From Akkermansia sp. (GTDB taxonomy: Bacteria > Verrucomicrobiota > Verrucomicrobiia > Verrucomicrobiales > Akkermansiaceae): a DNA stretch of 64,000 nucleotides. The stretch covers positions 7,484 through 71,483 of the forward strand of contig JAFSEZ010000018.1 of assembly GCA_017435505.1 (NCBI GenBank), read 5' to 3'. Both the position numbers and the translations under genes were made by a program. Below the pieces are notes generated by a model. It ran no database searches, was not told the origin of the DNA, and worked only from the letters and a program-made list of their open reading frames with translations. This document shows, piece by piece, positions 18,607 through 28,530 of the stretch (within the stretch, counting starts at the first letter, position 1; each line of letters opens with the position of its first letter).

Positions 18607-20292
18607 TCAGGGCAAGGGGAAAGCCTTGTTAAAAGCAGACACCTCCGCACGCAAAGCAGCGTAAGCATCGGGGGTGGCGCAAATCTTTTGCGCGGCCAGA
18701 ATAGCCAAGCAACGGGCAATGAACTCTGCCACCTTGCGCACATCGTCTTCTTTCATGCCACGAGTTGTTACGGCAGGCGTACCGATGCGAATGCCGGAGG
18801 GCTTAGCCGTAGTACCCTTATCGTAAGGTATAGCATTCTTGTTGACGGTGATGCCGACTTCATCCAAGGCAACCTGAGCTTCAGCGCCGTTGAGCCCCTT
18901 CACGCTCAAGTCGACCAAGAAGCAGTGGTTATCCGTGCCACCGGCCACAATGCGGAACCCGAGCTGAGCCAGCTTGGCAGCCATGGCCTTAGAGTTTTTG
19001 ACCACCTGCTGAGCATACTCACGGAACTCAGGGCGCAACGCCTCTCCCAAACAGGCCGCTTTGGCAGCAATCACGTGCATAAGCGGGCCGCCCTGCAATC
19101 CGGGGAATGTAGCACTGTTGAGCTTCTTCGCCCACTTTTCCTTGCAAAGGACAAGACCACCGCGGGGGCCACGCAAGCTCTTGTGAGTCGTAGTAGAAAC
19201 AAAGTCGGCATAGGGTACAGGAGAGGGGTGGGCACCACCTGCAACCAAACCGGCAATGTGAGCCATATCAACAAACATGATGGCTCCCACCTCGTCACAA
19301 ATCTTACGGATGCGGGCAAAATCAATGGTACGAGAATAAGCCGAAGCGCCGGCCAAAATCAAAGCCGGTTTCACCTCCTTAGCCTTGGCTTCCAGAGCAT
19401 CGTAGTCAATGCACTCCGTTTCGGGGTCCACGCCGTAATGCTCCACCTTGTATTGTTTGCCGGAGAAATTGGCGAAGAAGCCATGAGAAAGGTGGCCACC
19501 ACAAGCCAAATCCATTGTCAAAATAGTATCGCCGGGGTTGATGCATGCATGGTACACAGACATATTGGCCTGTGAACCGGAGTGAGCCTGCACATTAGCA
19601 AAATCGCAACCGAACAGTGCCTTAGCACGGTCAATAGCCAGCTGCTCCACCTTATCCACAATCTCACAACCACCATACCAGCGCTTGCCGGGGTAGCCTT
19701 CGGCATACTTATTAGTCAGAACAGAGCCCTGAGCCTCCATGACAGAGGGAGAAGCAAAGTTTTCAGAAGCAATCAACTCGATGTTGTTATTTTGGCGACG
19801 ACGTTCTTCCTCAATATAAGCCGCGAGTTCAGGATCGCTGACAACCAAGGGAGAGCCGGAAGCCTTCGTCAGGCGCTTCACGTGGCGCCCCGCTTCAAAC
19901 TCTGCACCCAACCATGTGTGCAGCAATTCATCCAAATCATCCGGCTGCACGAACGCGGAAGCAAGACACATCACATTGGCATCATTGTGCTGGCGAGAAA
20001 GAGCCGCCACCTGCGGGGTGCGAGTCAGCGTGGCACGAATGCCCTTCCAACGGTTTGCCGCAATGCTCATTCCCAAACCGGAGAAGCAAATGAGGATGCC
20101 GCGGTCGGCTCGGCCATCCACCACTCGTTTACACACCGCGTTAGCATAGTCTGAGTAATCGCAGGATTCCTTGCTATATGTGCCTACATCCTCTACCTCA
20201 AAGCCCCAAGCTTTCAGAAGTTCAATAGCAGCTTCCTTCAGATCCACGCCCTTGTGATCTGAACCAATGACAATGCGGAGTTCCGTATTCAT
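18607..20292 (-). CDS. glyA: fusion protein: ribose-5-phosphate isomerase B (aa 1-~141) + serine hydroxymethyltransferase (aa ~153-561)
   Basis: The N-terminus ([15 protein letters not shown]...[16 protein letters not shown]...EAGRHVKRL) matches RpiB/LacAB. From [43 protein letters not shown]...[12 protein letters not shown] it matches SHMT. There is no stop or Met between the two parts. Confidence 0.9.
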   Translation of the reverse strand: MNTELRIVIGSDHKGVDLKEAAIELLKAWGFEVEDVGTYSKESCDYSDYANAVCKRVVDGRADRGILICFSGLGMSIAANRWKGIRATLTRTPQVAALSRQHNDANVMCLASAFVQPDDLDELLHTWLGAEFEAGRHVKRLTKASGSPLVVSDPELAAYIEEERRRQNNNIELIASENFASPSVMEAQGSVLTNKYAEGYPGKRWYGGCEIVDKVEQLAIDRAKALFGCDFANVQAHSGSQANMSVYHACINPGDTILTMDLACGGHLSHGFFANFSGKQYKVEHYGVDPETECIDYDALEAKAKEVKPALILAGASAYSRTIDFARIRKICDEVGAIMFVDMAHIAGLVAGGAHPSPVPYADFVSTTTHKSLRGPRGGLVLCKEKWAKKLNSATFPGLQGGPLMHVIAAKAACLGEALRPEFREYAQQVVKNSKAMAAKLAQLGFRIVAGGTDNHCFLVDLSVKGLNGAEAQVALDEVGITVNKNAIPYDKGTTAKPSGIRIGTPAVTTRGMKEDDVRKVAEFIARCLAILAAQKICATPDAYAALRAEVSAFNKAFPLP

Positions 20293-20378
20293 GTGCGAAA
20301 AAAACTGATGACTGACTTTATCACATCACCCTCTTTCTAGCAAGTGTTTATTTGTTCATGATTGCGCAGAGAGGGTTC

Positions 20379-21266
20379 TTATTTTTTGCGGAGCGAATCG
20401 AGGCGTTCGGCCCATGCGGCAGCTTCAGCCTCGTTGTCTGCGGCATTGGGAGCATTGCGAAGTAGATTGACGAGCAAGGCTATAGCCTGCGGATAATCTT
20501 GCCCGGCGGCCATACGCAACATAGCCATACCTTGTTTTTCATCTTTCTGCACCCATTCACCATCCAACAGCATGATGGCATAGACAAGCTGCGAGCGTGC
20601 ATCCCCCCCGCGAGCCGCCTGCCTGTACCAAGTAGCGGCTTGGCGCATATCCGGAGTCACCCCGGCTTGTCCTTTGGCATAGATATTCCCCAACGAACGG
20701 GCGGCGAGGGCAGCCGTGTGCAAGCTTTTGCCGGCGGCCGCGCGCGCCAGCAAATCCAATGCCTCAGGCTGAGTTTCTGCGGTATCTTCTTGCAGCAGCA
20801 ACATAGCCAAGCGGTACTGAGCTTCGGGCAAATTGGCATCTGATGCTAAGCGAAGCATCTTTTGAGCTTTCGGTAAATCCTGCTCACACCCTCGACCGGC
20901 AGCCAGCATTGTTCCAAGGTAAATGCGTGCCTCATTGCTCCCCTGCTCCGCCGCTTTGCTGAACCACCGAAAAGCCTCCTGGGGATTCGACTCGACGCCC
21001 TTACCACCTTGCAGATAAATGCCGCCCAAATCCGTTTGCGCTTGCAGATGCCCAGCCTCGGCCGCCTTGTGCAACCATTGAAGCGCCCCGGCAAAATCTG
21101 ATTTTTCTCCCTCTACATGGGGTTTGAGCAGGTACTGCACATGGGCATACATCTCATCTGCCGTGCGAGGAGTTGCGGCTGTATCCTCTTGTTCACAAGC
21201 TGCTGCGGCAAGCAGGGCAAGCAATAAACATCTGCATCTTTTCATCATCGCCATTGTAGCACGCAA
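20379..21266 (-). CDS. secreted Sel1-like repeat (SLR/TPR) protein
   Basis: 295 aa with a signal peptide (LLLALLAAAAC) and 6-7 repeats of the Sel1 pattern (A..W..KAAE.G...AQ..LG..Y..G.GV). Confidence 0.85.
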   Translation of the reverse strand: MRATMAMMKRCRCLLLALLAAAACEQEDTAATPRTADEMYAHVQYLLKPHVEGEKSDFAGALQWLHKAAEAGHLQAQTDLGGIYLQGGKGVESNPQEAFRWFSKAAEQGSNEARIYLGTMLAAGRGCEQDLPKAQKMLRLASDANLPEAQYRLAMLLLQEDTAETQPEALDLLARAAAGKSLHTAALAARSLGNIYAKGQAGVTPDMRQAATWYRQAARGGDARSQLVYAIMLLDGEWVQKDEKQGMAMLRMAAGQDYPQAIALLVNLLRNAPNAADNEAEAAAWAERLDSLRKK

Positions 21267-21298
21267 ATCTGGTGTGAAAAAGAATGATTATCCAACTA

Positions 21299-21544
21299 TT
21301 ACGGCTGCTTGTTTCGCGCTCCTCGGTGGGTGGCAATCCAGCAAATCACGGCGGCTACAATACCGACATCATCCAGCCACCCGATGAGAGGAAAAAGGAA
21401 TTCAGGCACCAAATCGATGGGAGAAAGGATGTACAGCAGGGCAACGACCGCAAGAATGATGTTTCGCGGTGTCCACAATATACCTTTGCGGGATGCATCA
21501 AAGAGCTCTTTGGCTGTTTCAAGTTTACTTTTATCCGGCAACAT
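21299..21544 (-). CDS. DUF1232 (YkvA-like) membrane protein
   Basis: 81 aa. The motif ALLYILSPIDLVPEFLFPLIGWLDDVGIV matches the DUF1232 signature. Confidence 0.75.
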   Translation of the reverse strand: MLPDKSKLETAKELFDASRKGILWTPRNIILAVVALLYILSPIDLVPEFLFPLIGWLDDVGIVAAVICWIATHRGARNKQP

Positions 21545-21552
21545 GGCAAGGA

Positions 21553-22131
21553 TCAGCGTTTCTTTTTGATGGTTTTGCGGCGGCGTACAGGTCGTTTTTT
21601 ACGGGGGGAATAGCGGTGCAAATGGATTTGCATGAGCAGCAGGGTAAACATGGATGCTGCACCCACTTCCACAGCTGATTCCCGCGCCACGGTATCGGCC
21701 AGCTGCACCATTTTTTGCACAACTGAAGCAAACTCCTCGGCATCCATGCCCACATCCGGTTCATCCAACAACTCGTAGAGCGCCACCAAACTACGATACA
21801 GCAACAACCAATTTTCCTGGGGGCCGGCTGGAAGAGTCTGGATAATACAAGTGGGCAGCTCATCGAGCAGTTTTTCAATTTTGCGTAAGCGCGCATGTGC
21901 TGCGCGGTCTGCAGCATGCTTGCTTGCAGCCTCCAGGATATAGCGAATATGCGAATTGAGATCGCCGTATGCCTCCAGCACACTCTGCGGCACATGTCCT
22001 TTGTCCGGCGTGGGTACACTTTTGGACGCCACTCGATTAAACAGTGACGTCAGCACCCCCAAACGACCTTCCGGGGTCAAAGGTTCCCTCTCAAAAAGCA
22101 TCGGCGCATACTCTAGCACGCGCACACGCAC
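21553..22131 (-). CDS. hypothetical protein with a strongly basic C-terminal tail
   Basis: 192-aa ORF packed between the J-domain gene and the DUF1232 gene. Its C-terminus is SPRKKRPVRRRKTIKKKR. I recognise no family. Confidence 0.45.
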   Translation of the reverse strand: MRVRVLEYAPMLFEREPLTPEGRLGVLTSLFNRVASKSVPTPDKGHVPQSVLEAYGDLNSHIRYILEAASKHAADRAAHARLRKIEKLLDELPTCIIQTLPAGPQENWLLLYRSLVALYELLDEPDVGMDAEEFASVVQKMVQLADTVARESAVEVGAASMFTLLLMQIHLHRYSPRKKRPVRRRKTIKKKR

Positions 22132-22164
22132 ATTGCAAGCAGCTTTTACGCAATCTCACGTTTC

Positions 22165-22923
22165 TTAAGGAGCTTTGACGGATTTGAGCGCAAGTTGCGC
22201 GGGGCGGAATCCCTGCTCTGCTGCTTTGCGCCACCACACAATAGCGGCCTCGCGATTCTGAGGCATGCCCCCATACCCATGAAAGAGCATAGTTCCATAG
22301 CGATACTGGGCTGCGGGGTCTCCTTTGTGGGCATCTGTCAATATGCGCTCTGTAAAGCGCGCAAGATTGATGCGCTGAGTTTCCGGATCGAGCGGAGAAA
22401 CACCGGGAGGCAAATGATGCTGCGGAGCTTTGTTGTCGGATGGCGCAGCATCCGCATTCAGGTAGCGAAAAAACCACGGCACAATGATGGCAAGGCAGAT
22501 GAAGTAAAAGACCAGGTAATGAATGGGCGAAAGCTTAGCAGCACGGCGATGCAGGATACCTTGGGGCGTGCGGCGGCGCGGCCGATAGGTAGAGCGTTCC
22601 TCTCGGCGGCGGCGGCGTTCTTCCCGGCGTGCGTATGCATGGCGCACAGAAACGCGGGCGTGGTGGGGCATGCTGGCCAGTTCGGGGGCAGAGCTATAGC
22701 GGCGTTGTTTTTCCAGCCAGCCATCATACTGGTAGCGAGCATCGGCATCGCCCAGAGTACGGTAGGCTTCTGCAATAAGGATGAAACGTTCTTCTGCCGA
22801 GGTGTCACCGGGATTGCGATCGGGGTGGTAGCGCTTAGCTTGGCTGCGATACGCAAGTTTAATGTCTTCTTGGGTGGCATTTTCGGCCACATCCAGCAGT
22901 TGGTAGTAATCCGGACGCATCAA
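22165..22923 (-). CDS. membrane-anchored J-domain protein with a C-terminal Sel1 repeat
   Basis: J domain DYYQLLDV...AKRYHPDRNPGD (HPD motif), an Arg-rich linker, one TM (IHYLVFYFICLAIIVPWFF) and a C-terminal Sel1-type repeat (AAQYRYGTMLFHGYGGMPQNREAAIVWWRKAAEQG). Confidence 0.8.
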   Translation of the reverse strand: MMRPDYYQLLDVAENATQEDIKLAYRSQAKRYHPDRNPGDTSAEERFILIAEAYRTLGDADARYQYDGWLEKQRRYSSAPELASMPHHARVSVRHAYARREERRRRREERSTYRPRRRTPQGILHRRAAKLSPIHYLVFYFICLAIIVPWFFRYLNADAAPSDNKAPQHHLPPGVSPLDPETQRINLARFTERILTDAHKGDPAAQYRYGTMLFHGYGGMPQNREAAIVWWRKAAEQGFRPAQLALKSVKAP

Positions 22924-23732
22924 CTCAAAGTGGGATTTTGAAGCTCCGCCCGCACAAAATCACCGAAACGATGCGGGCTATCCATCTTGTAACGGTAGCT
23001 TGTGATACGGCGATCGGCGCTTCCCCGTATACTGGCATGTGCGCTTTCTGCTGCACGCGGCATGCCGGTCAACTGCTCCAAACATGCGTATGCTTCAGCA
23101 TAGGTGAAACTCTCACTGCTTAAATTGTATAGTCCCGTTTTCCCATGTGCTGCCAGATGCATCATGGCCTGCACAGCATCATCTACGTGCAGGTAGTTGA
23201 GCCAACGCTCCGGCGGGCCGGGCAATCCGGGTTCACCCGCAAGGTGTCGCCGCAAAAGCTCGCAACGCCCACTACCATACAACGGAGCCAAGCGTAGCAC
23301 GAGTCCCCCGGCGGCCAGCGCGAGAGATTCTGCCTGCACGAGCACCTCTTGGCGCGCATTCAGGGGAGATATGGGCGTAGCTTCATCCACGGGTTGTCCG
23401 CATGTGTCCGGGTAAAGTGAGACTGATGAGCAAAAAACCGGCCGCACCGCAGGAGCAACGGAAAGCAAAGCCCGCAGACTTTGCAGGTAAACCCGGTGGT
23501 ATGCATCCGCATCCCCCCCGCGGGTAGAAAGGCAACAAAAGGCAATACGTGGCACAACCCGACCTACTCCAATGGCCAGAGCCTGAGCATCAGCCACATC
23601 CACATGCATATCCGCAGACGCAGACTTATCCACCGTAAGCACAGAAGCCCCCGCCGCTCGACAAGCCGCAGATAAGGCGGAGCCGAGAAATCCGGCGCCG
23701 AGCACCCACACACCTTGCCCACGCCACTTCAT
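22920..23732 (-). CDS. NAD(P)-binding Rossmann protein (atypical SDR/epimerase-like)
   Basis: 270 aa with N-terminal VLGAGFLGSAL and the general epimerase/dehydratase layout. It overlaps both neighbouring genes by 1-4 nt. Confidence 0.6.
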   Translation of the reverse strand: MKWRGQGVWVLGAGFLGSALSAACRAAGASVLTVDKSASADMHVDVADAQALAIGVGRVVPRIAFCCLSTRGGDADAYHRVYLQSLRALLSVAPAVRPVFCSSVSLYPDTCGQPVDEATPISPLNARQEVLVQAESLALAAGGLVLRLAPLYGSGRCELLRRHLAGEPGLPGPPERWLNYLHVDDAVQAMMHLAAHGKTGLYNLSSESFTYAEAYACLEQLTGMPRAAESAHASIRGSADRRITSYRYKMDSPHRFGDFVRAELQNPTLS

Positions 23733-24400
23733 TAGGGTAGCTTACTCCAGAGAAGTTCAGCCAACTCCAAATCACCGGGGTGTGTGATTTTAAGGTTGGG
23801 GCCAACCTGCACTAAATGAGTAGAGATGCCTATTGCCTCGACAGCCGAAACTTCATCCGTGACACAAAGCCCCTGTTGCAGCACACAATCGTATGCACGG
23901 AGCAGCAAGGCGTAATCAAATATCTGGGGCGTTTCCATGCCCCATAAGCAATCTCGGCTTACTTTTTCCGGCAAGGTAAAGCCTTGCTCGTTTGCTCGCT
24001 TGAGAGTATCCACCACCGGGTGGGCACACGCAGCGGCACCGGTTTCCTTGGCAGCCTCCAAGCAGGCTCGTATACCGGCAGGAGCAATGAGTGGGCGGGC
24101 ACCATCATGCACTGCTACCCAACGTGTCTCTGCCGGCAAGGCCAACAAGCCGGCTCGCACGGAGTCTTGGCGTTCAGCTCCGCCATCCACCCGCAAGACC
24201 GGCACACCAAACTTCTCAGTATGAAGGCCAACGGTCTGCCAACGATCTTCCGGGCACACAACCACAATAAATGCGCACCCTGCCGCAACAAATGCCCGCA
24301 CACTGCGCAGCAACACAGCTTCTCCCCCCAAGGGGGCTGCAAGCTTGTCAAATCCGGCTCGGCGAGAACTCCCGGCGGCTACAATGACTGCGCAAAACAT
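23732..24400 (-). CDS. ispD: 2-C-methyl-D-erythritol 4-phosphate cytidylyltransferase
   Basis: 222 aa with the N-terminal AVIVAAGSSRRAGFDKL motif and the VAVHDGARP and ETPQ motifs. Confidence 0.9.
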   Translation of the reverse strand: MFCAVIVAAGSSRRAGFDKLAAPLGGEAVLLRSVRAFVAAGCAFIVVVCPEDRWQTVGLHTEKFGVPVLRVDGGAERQDSVRAGLLALPAETRWVAVHDGARPLIAPAGIRACLEAAKETGAAACAHPVVDTLKRANEQGFTLPEKVSRDCLWGMETPQIFDYALLLRAYDCVLQQGLCVTDEVSAVEAIGISTHLVQVGPNLKITHPGDLELAELLWSKLP

Positions 24401-24403
24401 GAT

Positions 24404-24859
24404 TCAGGAAAGACGAGAAGATACCAGAGAAGAAAGCAACTTGCCCGGCGCACGGCCTTCTGTGCGGGCTTGCATCTCTTTCATCACGCGCCCCATATCT
24501 TTCTTTGTAGCAGCACCCAATTCTGCCATGACAGCTTCCAAGATGGGCAGAATCTCTGCCTCAGTCATTTCGGCCGGCAAGAAAGCCGCCAGCACGGCCA
24601 TCTCTGCCTGCTCTTTTTCCACCAATTCCATGCGACCGGCCTCAGTGTACATGCGGATGGAATCCTCTCGCTGTTTGATTTGTTTACGCACAACATTTTG
24701 AGCTTCATTCTCCGGCAATGCATCATGCACACTCCCCTTGGCCACCTGGGCATTTTGCAGGGCTGTTTTAAGCCCACGCAAAGCACTCAACGCCACAGTA
24801 TCCTTGGCACGCATCGCTGTCTTCATTCCTTCTGTAATTTGGTCGTAAATGGTACTCAT
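24404..24859 (-). CDS. GatB/YqeY domain protein
   Basis: Start placed at MSTIYDQITEGMKTAMRAKD (24859). The length of ~150 aa and the motifs LRGLK..., VRKQIKQREDSI and EMQARTEGRAPGKL are typical of YqeY. Confidence 0.8.
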   Translation of the reverse strand: MSTIYDQITEGMKTAMRAKDTVALSALRGLKTALQNAQVAKGSVHDALPENEAQNVVRKQIKQREDSIRMYTEAGRMELVEKEQAEMAVLAAFLPAEMTEAEILPILEAVMAELGAATKKDMGRVMKEMQARTEGRAPGKLLSSLVSSRLS

Positions 24860-24936
24860 ATCGTTTACCATTAAAACACGGCACTCATAACAAGCAAGCC
24901 ATAAACGCGTCACTCAAGTGATTTATCACTCGTTTC

Positions 24937-24966
24937 TTGCAAATTGCCCGTATATTTTTCTAGATT
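24937..24966 (+). promoter_or_regulatory. candidate promoter for the glycosidase-like gene (TTGCAA-18-TAGATT)
   Basis: -35 at 24937-24942 and -10 at 24961-24966, 33 nt before the ATG at 25000. Confidence 0.35.
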
Positions 24967-24999
24967 TCCCAAAAATTAGTGATAAAATATGCGCTGTAT

Positions 25000-27552
25000 A
25001 TGCGAGTTCTTTTTGTATCATTGGGCATGATGGCTGCGGCCGCCAGTACACTGACGGCGCATGTGGTATTTCCCGGTGCAGATCCGGGTAAAGCATACGC
25101 AACGGCGGATTCTACGCAAGCAGTCATAGGTAATACACTTTTTTCGGCAACATTCAAACCAAAAGATAGCGGGCTTGTCTTCGACGGATTGAAAACAGCC
25201 AAAGGAGAAACCGTAGTGGATGGGGGTACGAGCATTTTCACTTTCAACATGAAAGACGGTTCTCGGCTCAGTTCCGATAATATGGCAATCCAGAATCTAT
25301 GTGTAGAAGAGCTGACACCGAATAGTGAGAGTCCTAAATACTCCGCAAGCCTGCAGGGCAAAGCTTTACGAGCTACATTCACAGACAAGGCAAAAGGCAT
25401 AAAAGTGGAATGGAAAGCCGTCTTGCGCGATGGTTCTCACTACCTGCGCCAAGAGTTTGTAATCAAGGCAATGCAGAGCACCTACTTCAACAACTTGGTG
25501 CCCATGCAATACCACTTTGCAGGGAACTCTACCCCCACCATCTCAGGCAACACCACTCACGGCACGCTGGTGCATACAGACCTTCTCTTTGCCGGTTTGG
25601 AAACCCCCATGTCCGTGATGAGCGTAGGCGACACAGGAGCCGTTGTGGAAAATTCCTGGTCGCCCACTTCGTGGGTACCTTCCTCATTCGGAGATGTATT
25701 TTCCGTTCCGGAATCCTTTGAAAAGAAATACGGGCAAGCCTATTCTGAAATGGTGGGTCCTATCAGACGCTACCTTAAAACAGCAGAAGGCGAAGTTCAA
25801 TTCGACCAAGCCGGAGAATGCCAAATTCGCTTTGAATACAAGGGGGGTACCCATAAGCTGAACCTCTTGGGCGTGCAGCTTACAACTGATGCCGGCAAAG
25901 TGCTCAGCGAAGACGTACACAAGGCTCATGTGGGCTCTAAAATGGTCAACAACGTATACCACATCAATGTACCGAAACCCGGCGTATACCACCTGCGTTA
26001 CTGGGCCGAAACAAAAACTGAAACCATTACCAGCAAGGGTGACATTTCTTTCTCCACCCCCGTCTCCCTCCCCAAAAAAGAAGAATCTGTAGGCACTCCC
26101 GCAAACCTTGTGCGTGGCACCTGGATACGCAAAGCAGCCTTGGGTAAAAAGTCCAAGTGGAAGGTTTCTTCCGTCATTGGCTTCTTTGGACCGGAACAAC
26201 AGCGCCGTTCCCTGCTGGCATATATTGAGCGCGAACGCCCCGTGCCCTACCGCTCATTCGTTCACCACAATGACTGGTACGAAATCGGCATCACCTGCAA
26301 CAACTCTCCCGATCCGGCCAAACGCCACAGTGAAGACAAGAGCATCAAGGTAATCAAAACGTGGGAAAAGGAAATGTTCCGCAAGCGCAAAGTGACGATT
26401 GACGCTTTTGTGCTGGATGACGGCTGGGATGACTTCAACAGTCTCTGGGGCTTCCACGTTGGCTTCCCCCGTGGCTTTGCCGCCATCAATAAGCAAGCCG
26501 CCAAAATGAACGCCGGCATCGGCACTTGGTTGGGACCTGTCGGCGGATACGGCGCAGCAAAAAGTATGCGATTGGGATTCTGGAACAAAACCCACCCCAA
26601 CAATAAGATTAGCAATTTCCAGCTCTCCAACAAAGAATACTTTGATGCTTTCGTGGGGCGCTGCACCCAGATGGTGCGCGACTACGATATGCGCTACTTT
26701 AAGTTCGATGGCATCTCTGCCAAATACCACGCCAACGGCCCGGCCAATGAAGAAGACGCAGAGGGCATTCTCAACGTCCTTGCCGCGCTGCGCAAGGCTC
26801 GCCCCGATCTCTACATCAACACCACCGTGGGCACGTGGGCCAGCCCATTCTGGCTGCTGCACTCCGATGCCGTGTGGCGTCAGCGAGATGACTTCGACCG
26901 AGCCGGCAACATGGGAGATCCCCGCGATCGCTGGATTACCTACCGCGACCGTCTCGTGTACGAGGTCTTTGTGCAGGGTGCCCCGCTCATGCCCCTCAAC
27001 TCCATCATGACGCATGGTCTCATCATCACCAAAAATGGCCCGCCCCGCTGCATGAGCACAGAACCGGAAAATTGCATCAAGGAAATGCGAGCAGCCTTTG
27101 GCTGTGGTTCCTCCCTCATGGAGCTATACGTTGACGGCGATCTCATGAGCCAACAAAATGGGCGTCTGTGGGATGAATTGGCTACCTGCATCAAGTGGAT
27201 TCGCCGCAACGAAGATGTGCTGGCAGATGTACACTGGGTCGGCGGCAATCCTTGGGATGGCAAAGACGGTGCCATCTATGGTTGGGCCGCTTGGAATAAT
27301 GATAAATGCACCCTCACCCTGCGCAACTCTGCCCAAACAGAAAAGAATCTCTCCACGACCCTGCGAGAAATCATGGATATCCCTCCCTCTTGGAAAGGTT
27401 CCATTAAGCTCACAGGCTCTTTCGCCGACCAACGCTCGCTTGATGGTATTACCAACGCAGCGATTGATGTAGATACACCCATCAACTTCACAGTCAAGCC
27501 TTTCGAAGTAATTGTAATGGAAGGTATCAACACAGAAAACAAAGTTGACTAA
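25000..27552 (+). CDS. large secreted glycoside-hydrolase-like protein (clan GH-D / alpha-galactosidase-like catalytic core)
   Basis: Signal peptide MRVLFVSLGMMAAAAST. The central part carries TIDAFVLDDGWDDF and MRYFKFDGI, which resemble the GH27/GH36 'DDGW' and 'K-x-D' motifs. The N-terminal ~400 aa are beta-rich and unassigned. Confidence 0.45.
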   Translation: MRVLFVSLGMMAAAASTLTAHVVFPGADPGKAYATADSTQAVIGNTLFSATFKPKDSGLVFDGLKTAKGETVVDGGTSIFTFNMKDGSRLSSDNMAIQNLCVEELTPNSESPKYSASLQGKALRATFTDKAKGIKVEWKAVLRDGSHYLRQEFVIKAMQSTYFNNLVPMQYHFAGNSTPTISGNTTHGTLVHTDLLFAGLETPMSVMSVGDTGAVVENSWSPTSWVPSSFGDVFSVPESFEKKYGQAYSEMVGPIRRYLKTAEGEVQFDQAGECQIRFEYKGGTHKLNLLGVQLTTDAGKVLSEDVHKAHVGSKMVNNVYHINVPKPGVYHLRYWAETKTETITSKGDISFSTPVSLPKKEESVGTPANLVRGTWIRKAALGKKSKWKVSSVIGFFGPEQQRRSLLAYIERERPVPYRSFVHHNDWYEIGITCNNSPDPAKRHSEDKSIKVIKTWEKEMFRKRKVTIDAFVLDDGWDDFNSLWGFHVGFPRGFAAINKQAAKMNAGIGTWLGPVGGYGAAKSMRLGFWNKTHPNNKISNFQLSNKEYFDAFVGRCTQMVRDYDMRYFKFDGISAKYHANGPANEEDAEGILNVLAALRKARPDLYINTTVGTWASPFWLLHSDAVWRQRDDFDRAGNMGDPRDRWITYRDRLVYEVFVQGAPLMPLNSIMTHGLIITKNGPPRCMSTEPENCIKEMRAAFGCGSSLMELYVDGDLMSQQNGRLWDELATCIKWIRRNEDVLADVHWVGGNPWDGKDGAIYGWAAWNNDKCTLTLRNSAQTEKNLSTTLREIMDIPPSWKGSIKLTGSFADQRSLDGITNAAIDVDTPINFTVKPFEVIVMEGINTENKVD

Positions 27553-27580
27553 GCCTCGTTAAAACTCCATTTCTCAGCTC

Positions 27581-27615
27581 GTTGCACCCAACTGGATGCA
27601 ACGGGCTTTTTTCTT
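27581..27615 (+). terminator. rho-independent terminator of the glycosidase-like gene
   Basis: GTTGCA(CC)...(GGA)TGCAAC hairpin followed by GGGCTTTTTTCTT. Confidence 0.7.
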
Positions 27616-27714
27616 GCTAATTGTAACATTCAACAAATGTAAAAGAAAGCCCCTTGTAAAGCACGATTTCTTCTTGAAAAGAAGCGGTTGTTGTGCTATA
27701 CATGTGGTGTTGCC

Positions 27715-28485
27715 ATGCCCAGAACGGCTATCATCAGCGATATTCACGCAAACCTGCACGCCTTGCACGCGGTGATGGAAGATTGCCAACACCAGCAGTG
27801 CACGGATGTGGTATGCTTGGGCGATGTTGTGGGCTATAATGCCTATCCCTCTGAGTGTCTGGATTATATACGCCAGCTCAACTGTCCTGTTGTGAAAGGG
27901 AATCACGATGAGGAGGTCGTATCTGCCAGCATGACCATGATGAATCCCATGGCGCGTCTGGCCATGGAGTGGACTCGCGCTCAACTCAACGAAGACCAGC
28001 TTGCATGGCTGGCTCGTTTGCAATATGTACGCATCGTAAGGCACTCCGGGGCCAGCACGTTTGGCATCGTCCACTCCTGCTTGGAGCAACCCAAATCGTG
28101 GAACTACATTATCAACGCCAACGATGCTTCCACCAACTTTCCCAAACAATTTGCTCCTCTGTGTTTCCATGGGCACACGCATATCCCCAAAGTTTTCATG
28201 TGGGATGGCCGCCACGCCGTAGAAGACTACGATGCCGTGCATCCTCTTTATCTGGAGGGGCAGATGGAGTTCACCCCGCGCCCCGGTCTCAAATACTTCA
28301 TCAACGTTGGATCCGTAGGCCAACCTCGCGATCATGATCCCCGCGCATGCTACGCCATCTATGATACGGATCGCAACACCATCACAATGCGTCGTGTAGA
28401 GTACGATATTGCGGCAGCTCAACAGGCCATTCGTGATTGTGGCTTGCCGGAATACCTTGCTGAGCGCTTGCAAAACGGCAGCTAA
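27715..28485 (+). CDS. metallophosphoesterase (calcineurin-like, YfcE/MPP family)
   Basis: First ATG gives MPRTAIISDIHAN. The motifs GDVVGYN, GNHD and GHTH follow in the canonical order. Confidence 0.82.
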   Translation: MPRTAIISDIHANLHALHAVMEDCQHQQCTDVVCLGDVVGYNAYPSECLDYIRQLNCPVVKGNHDEEVVSASMTMMNPMARLAMEWTRAQLNEDQLAWLARLQYVRIVRHSGASTFGIVHSCLEQPKSWNYIINANDASTNFPKQFAPLCFHGHTHIPKVFMWDGRHAVEDYDAVHPLYLEGQMEFTPRPGLKYFINVGSVGQPRDHDPRACYAIYDTDRNTITMRRVEYDIAAAQQAIRDCGLPEYLAERLQNGS

Positions 28486-28530
28486 GTTTCACCCACCTCC
28501 CCTCTCTCTCACCCCAAAAGACAACCTACC

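Noticed and set aside
27574-28473. 299-aa minus-strand ORF overlapping the metallophosphoesterase gene
   Set aside because: The plus-strand frame carries the full DxH/GD/GNHD/GHTH motif set, while the antisense product has none.
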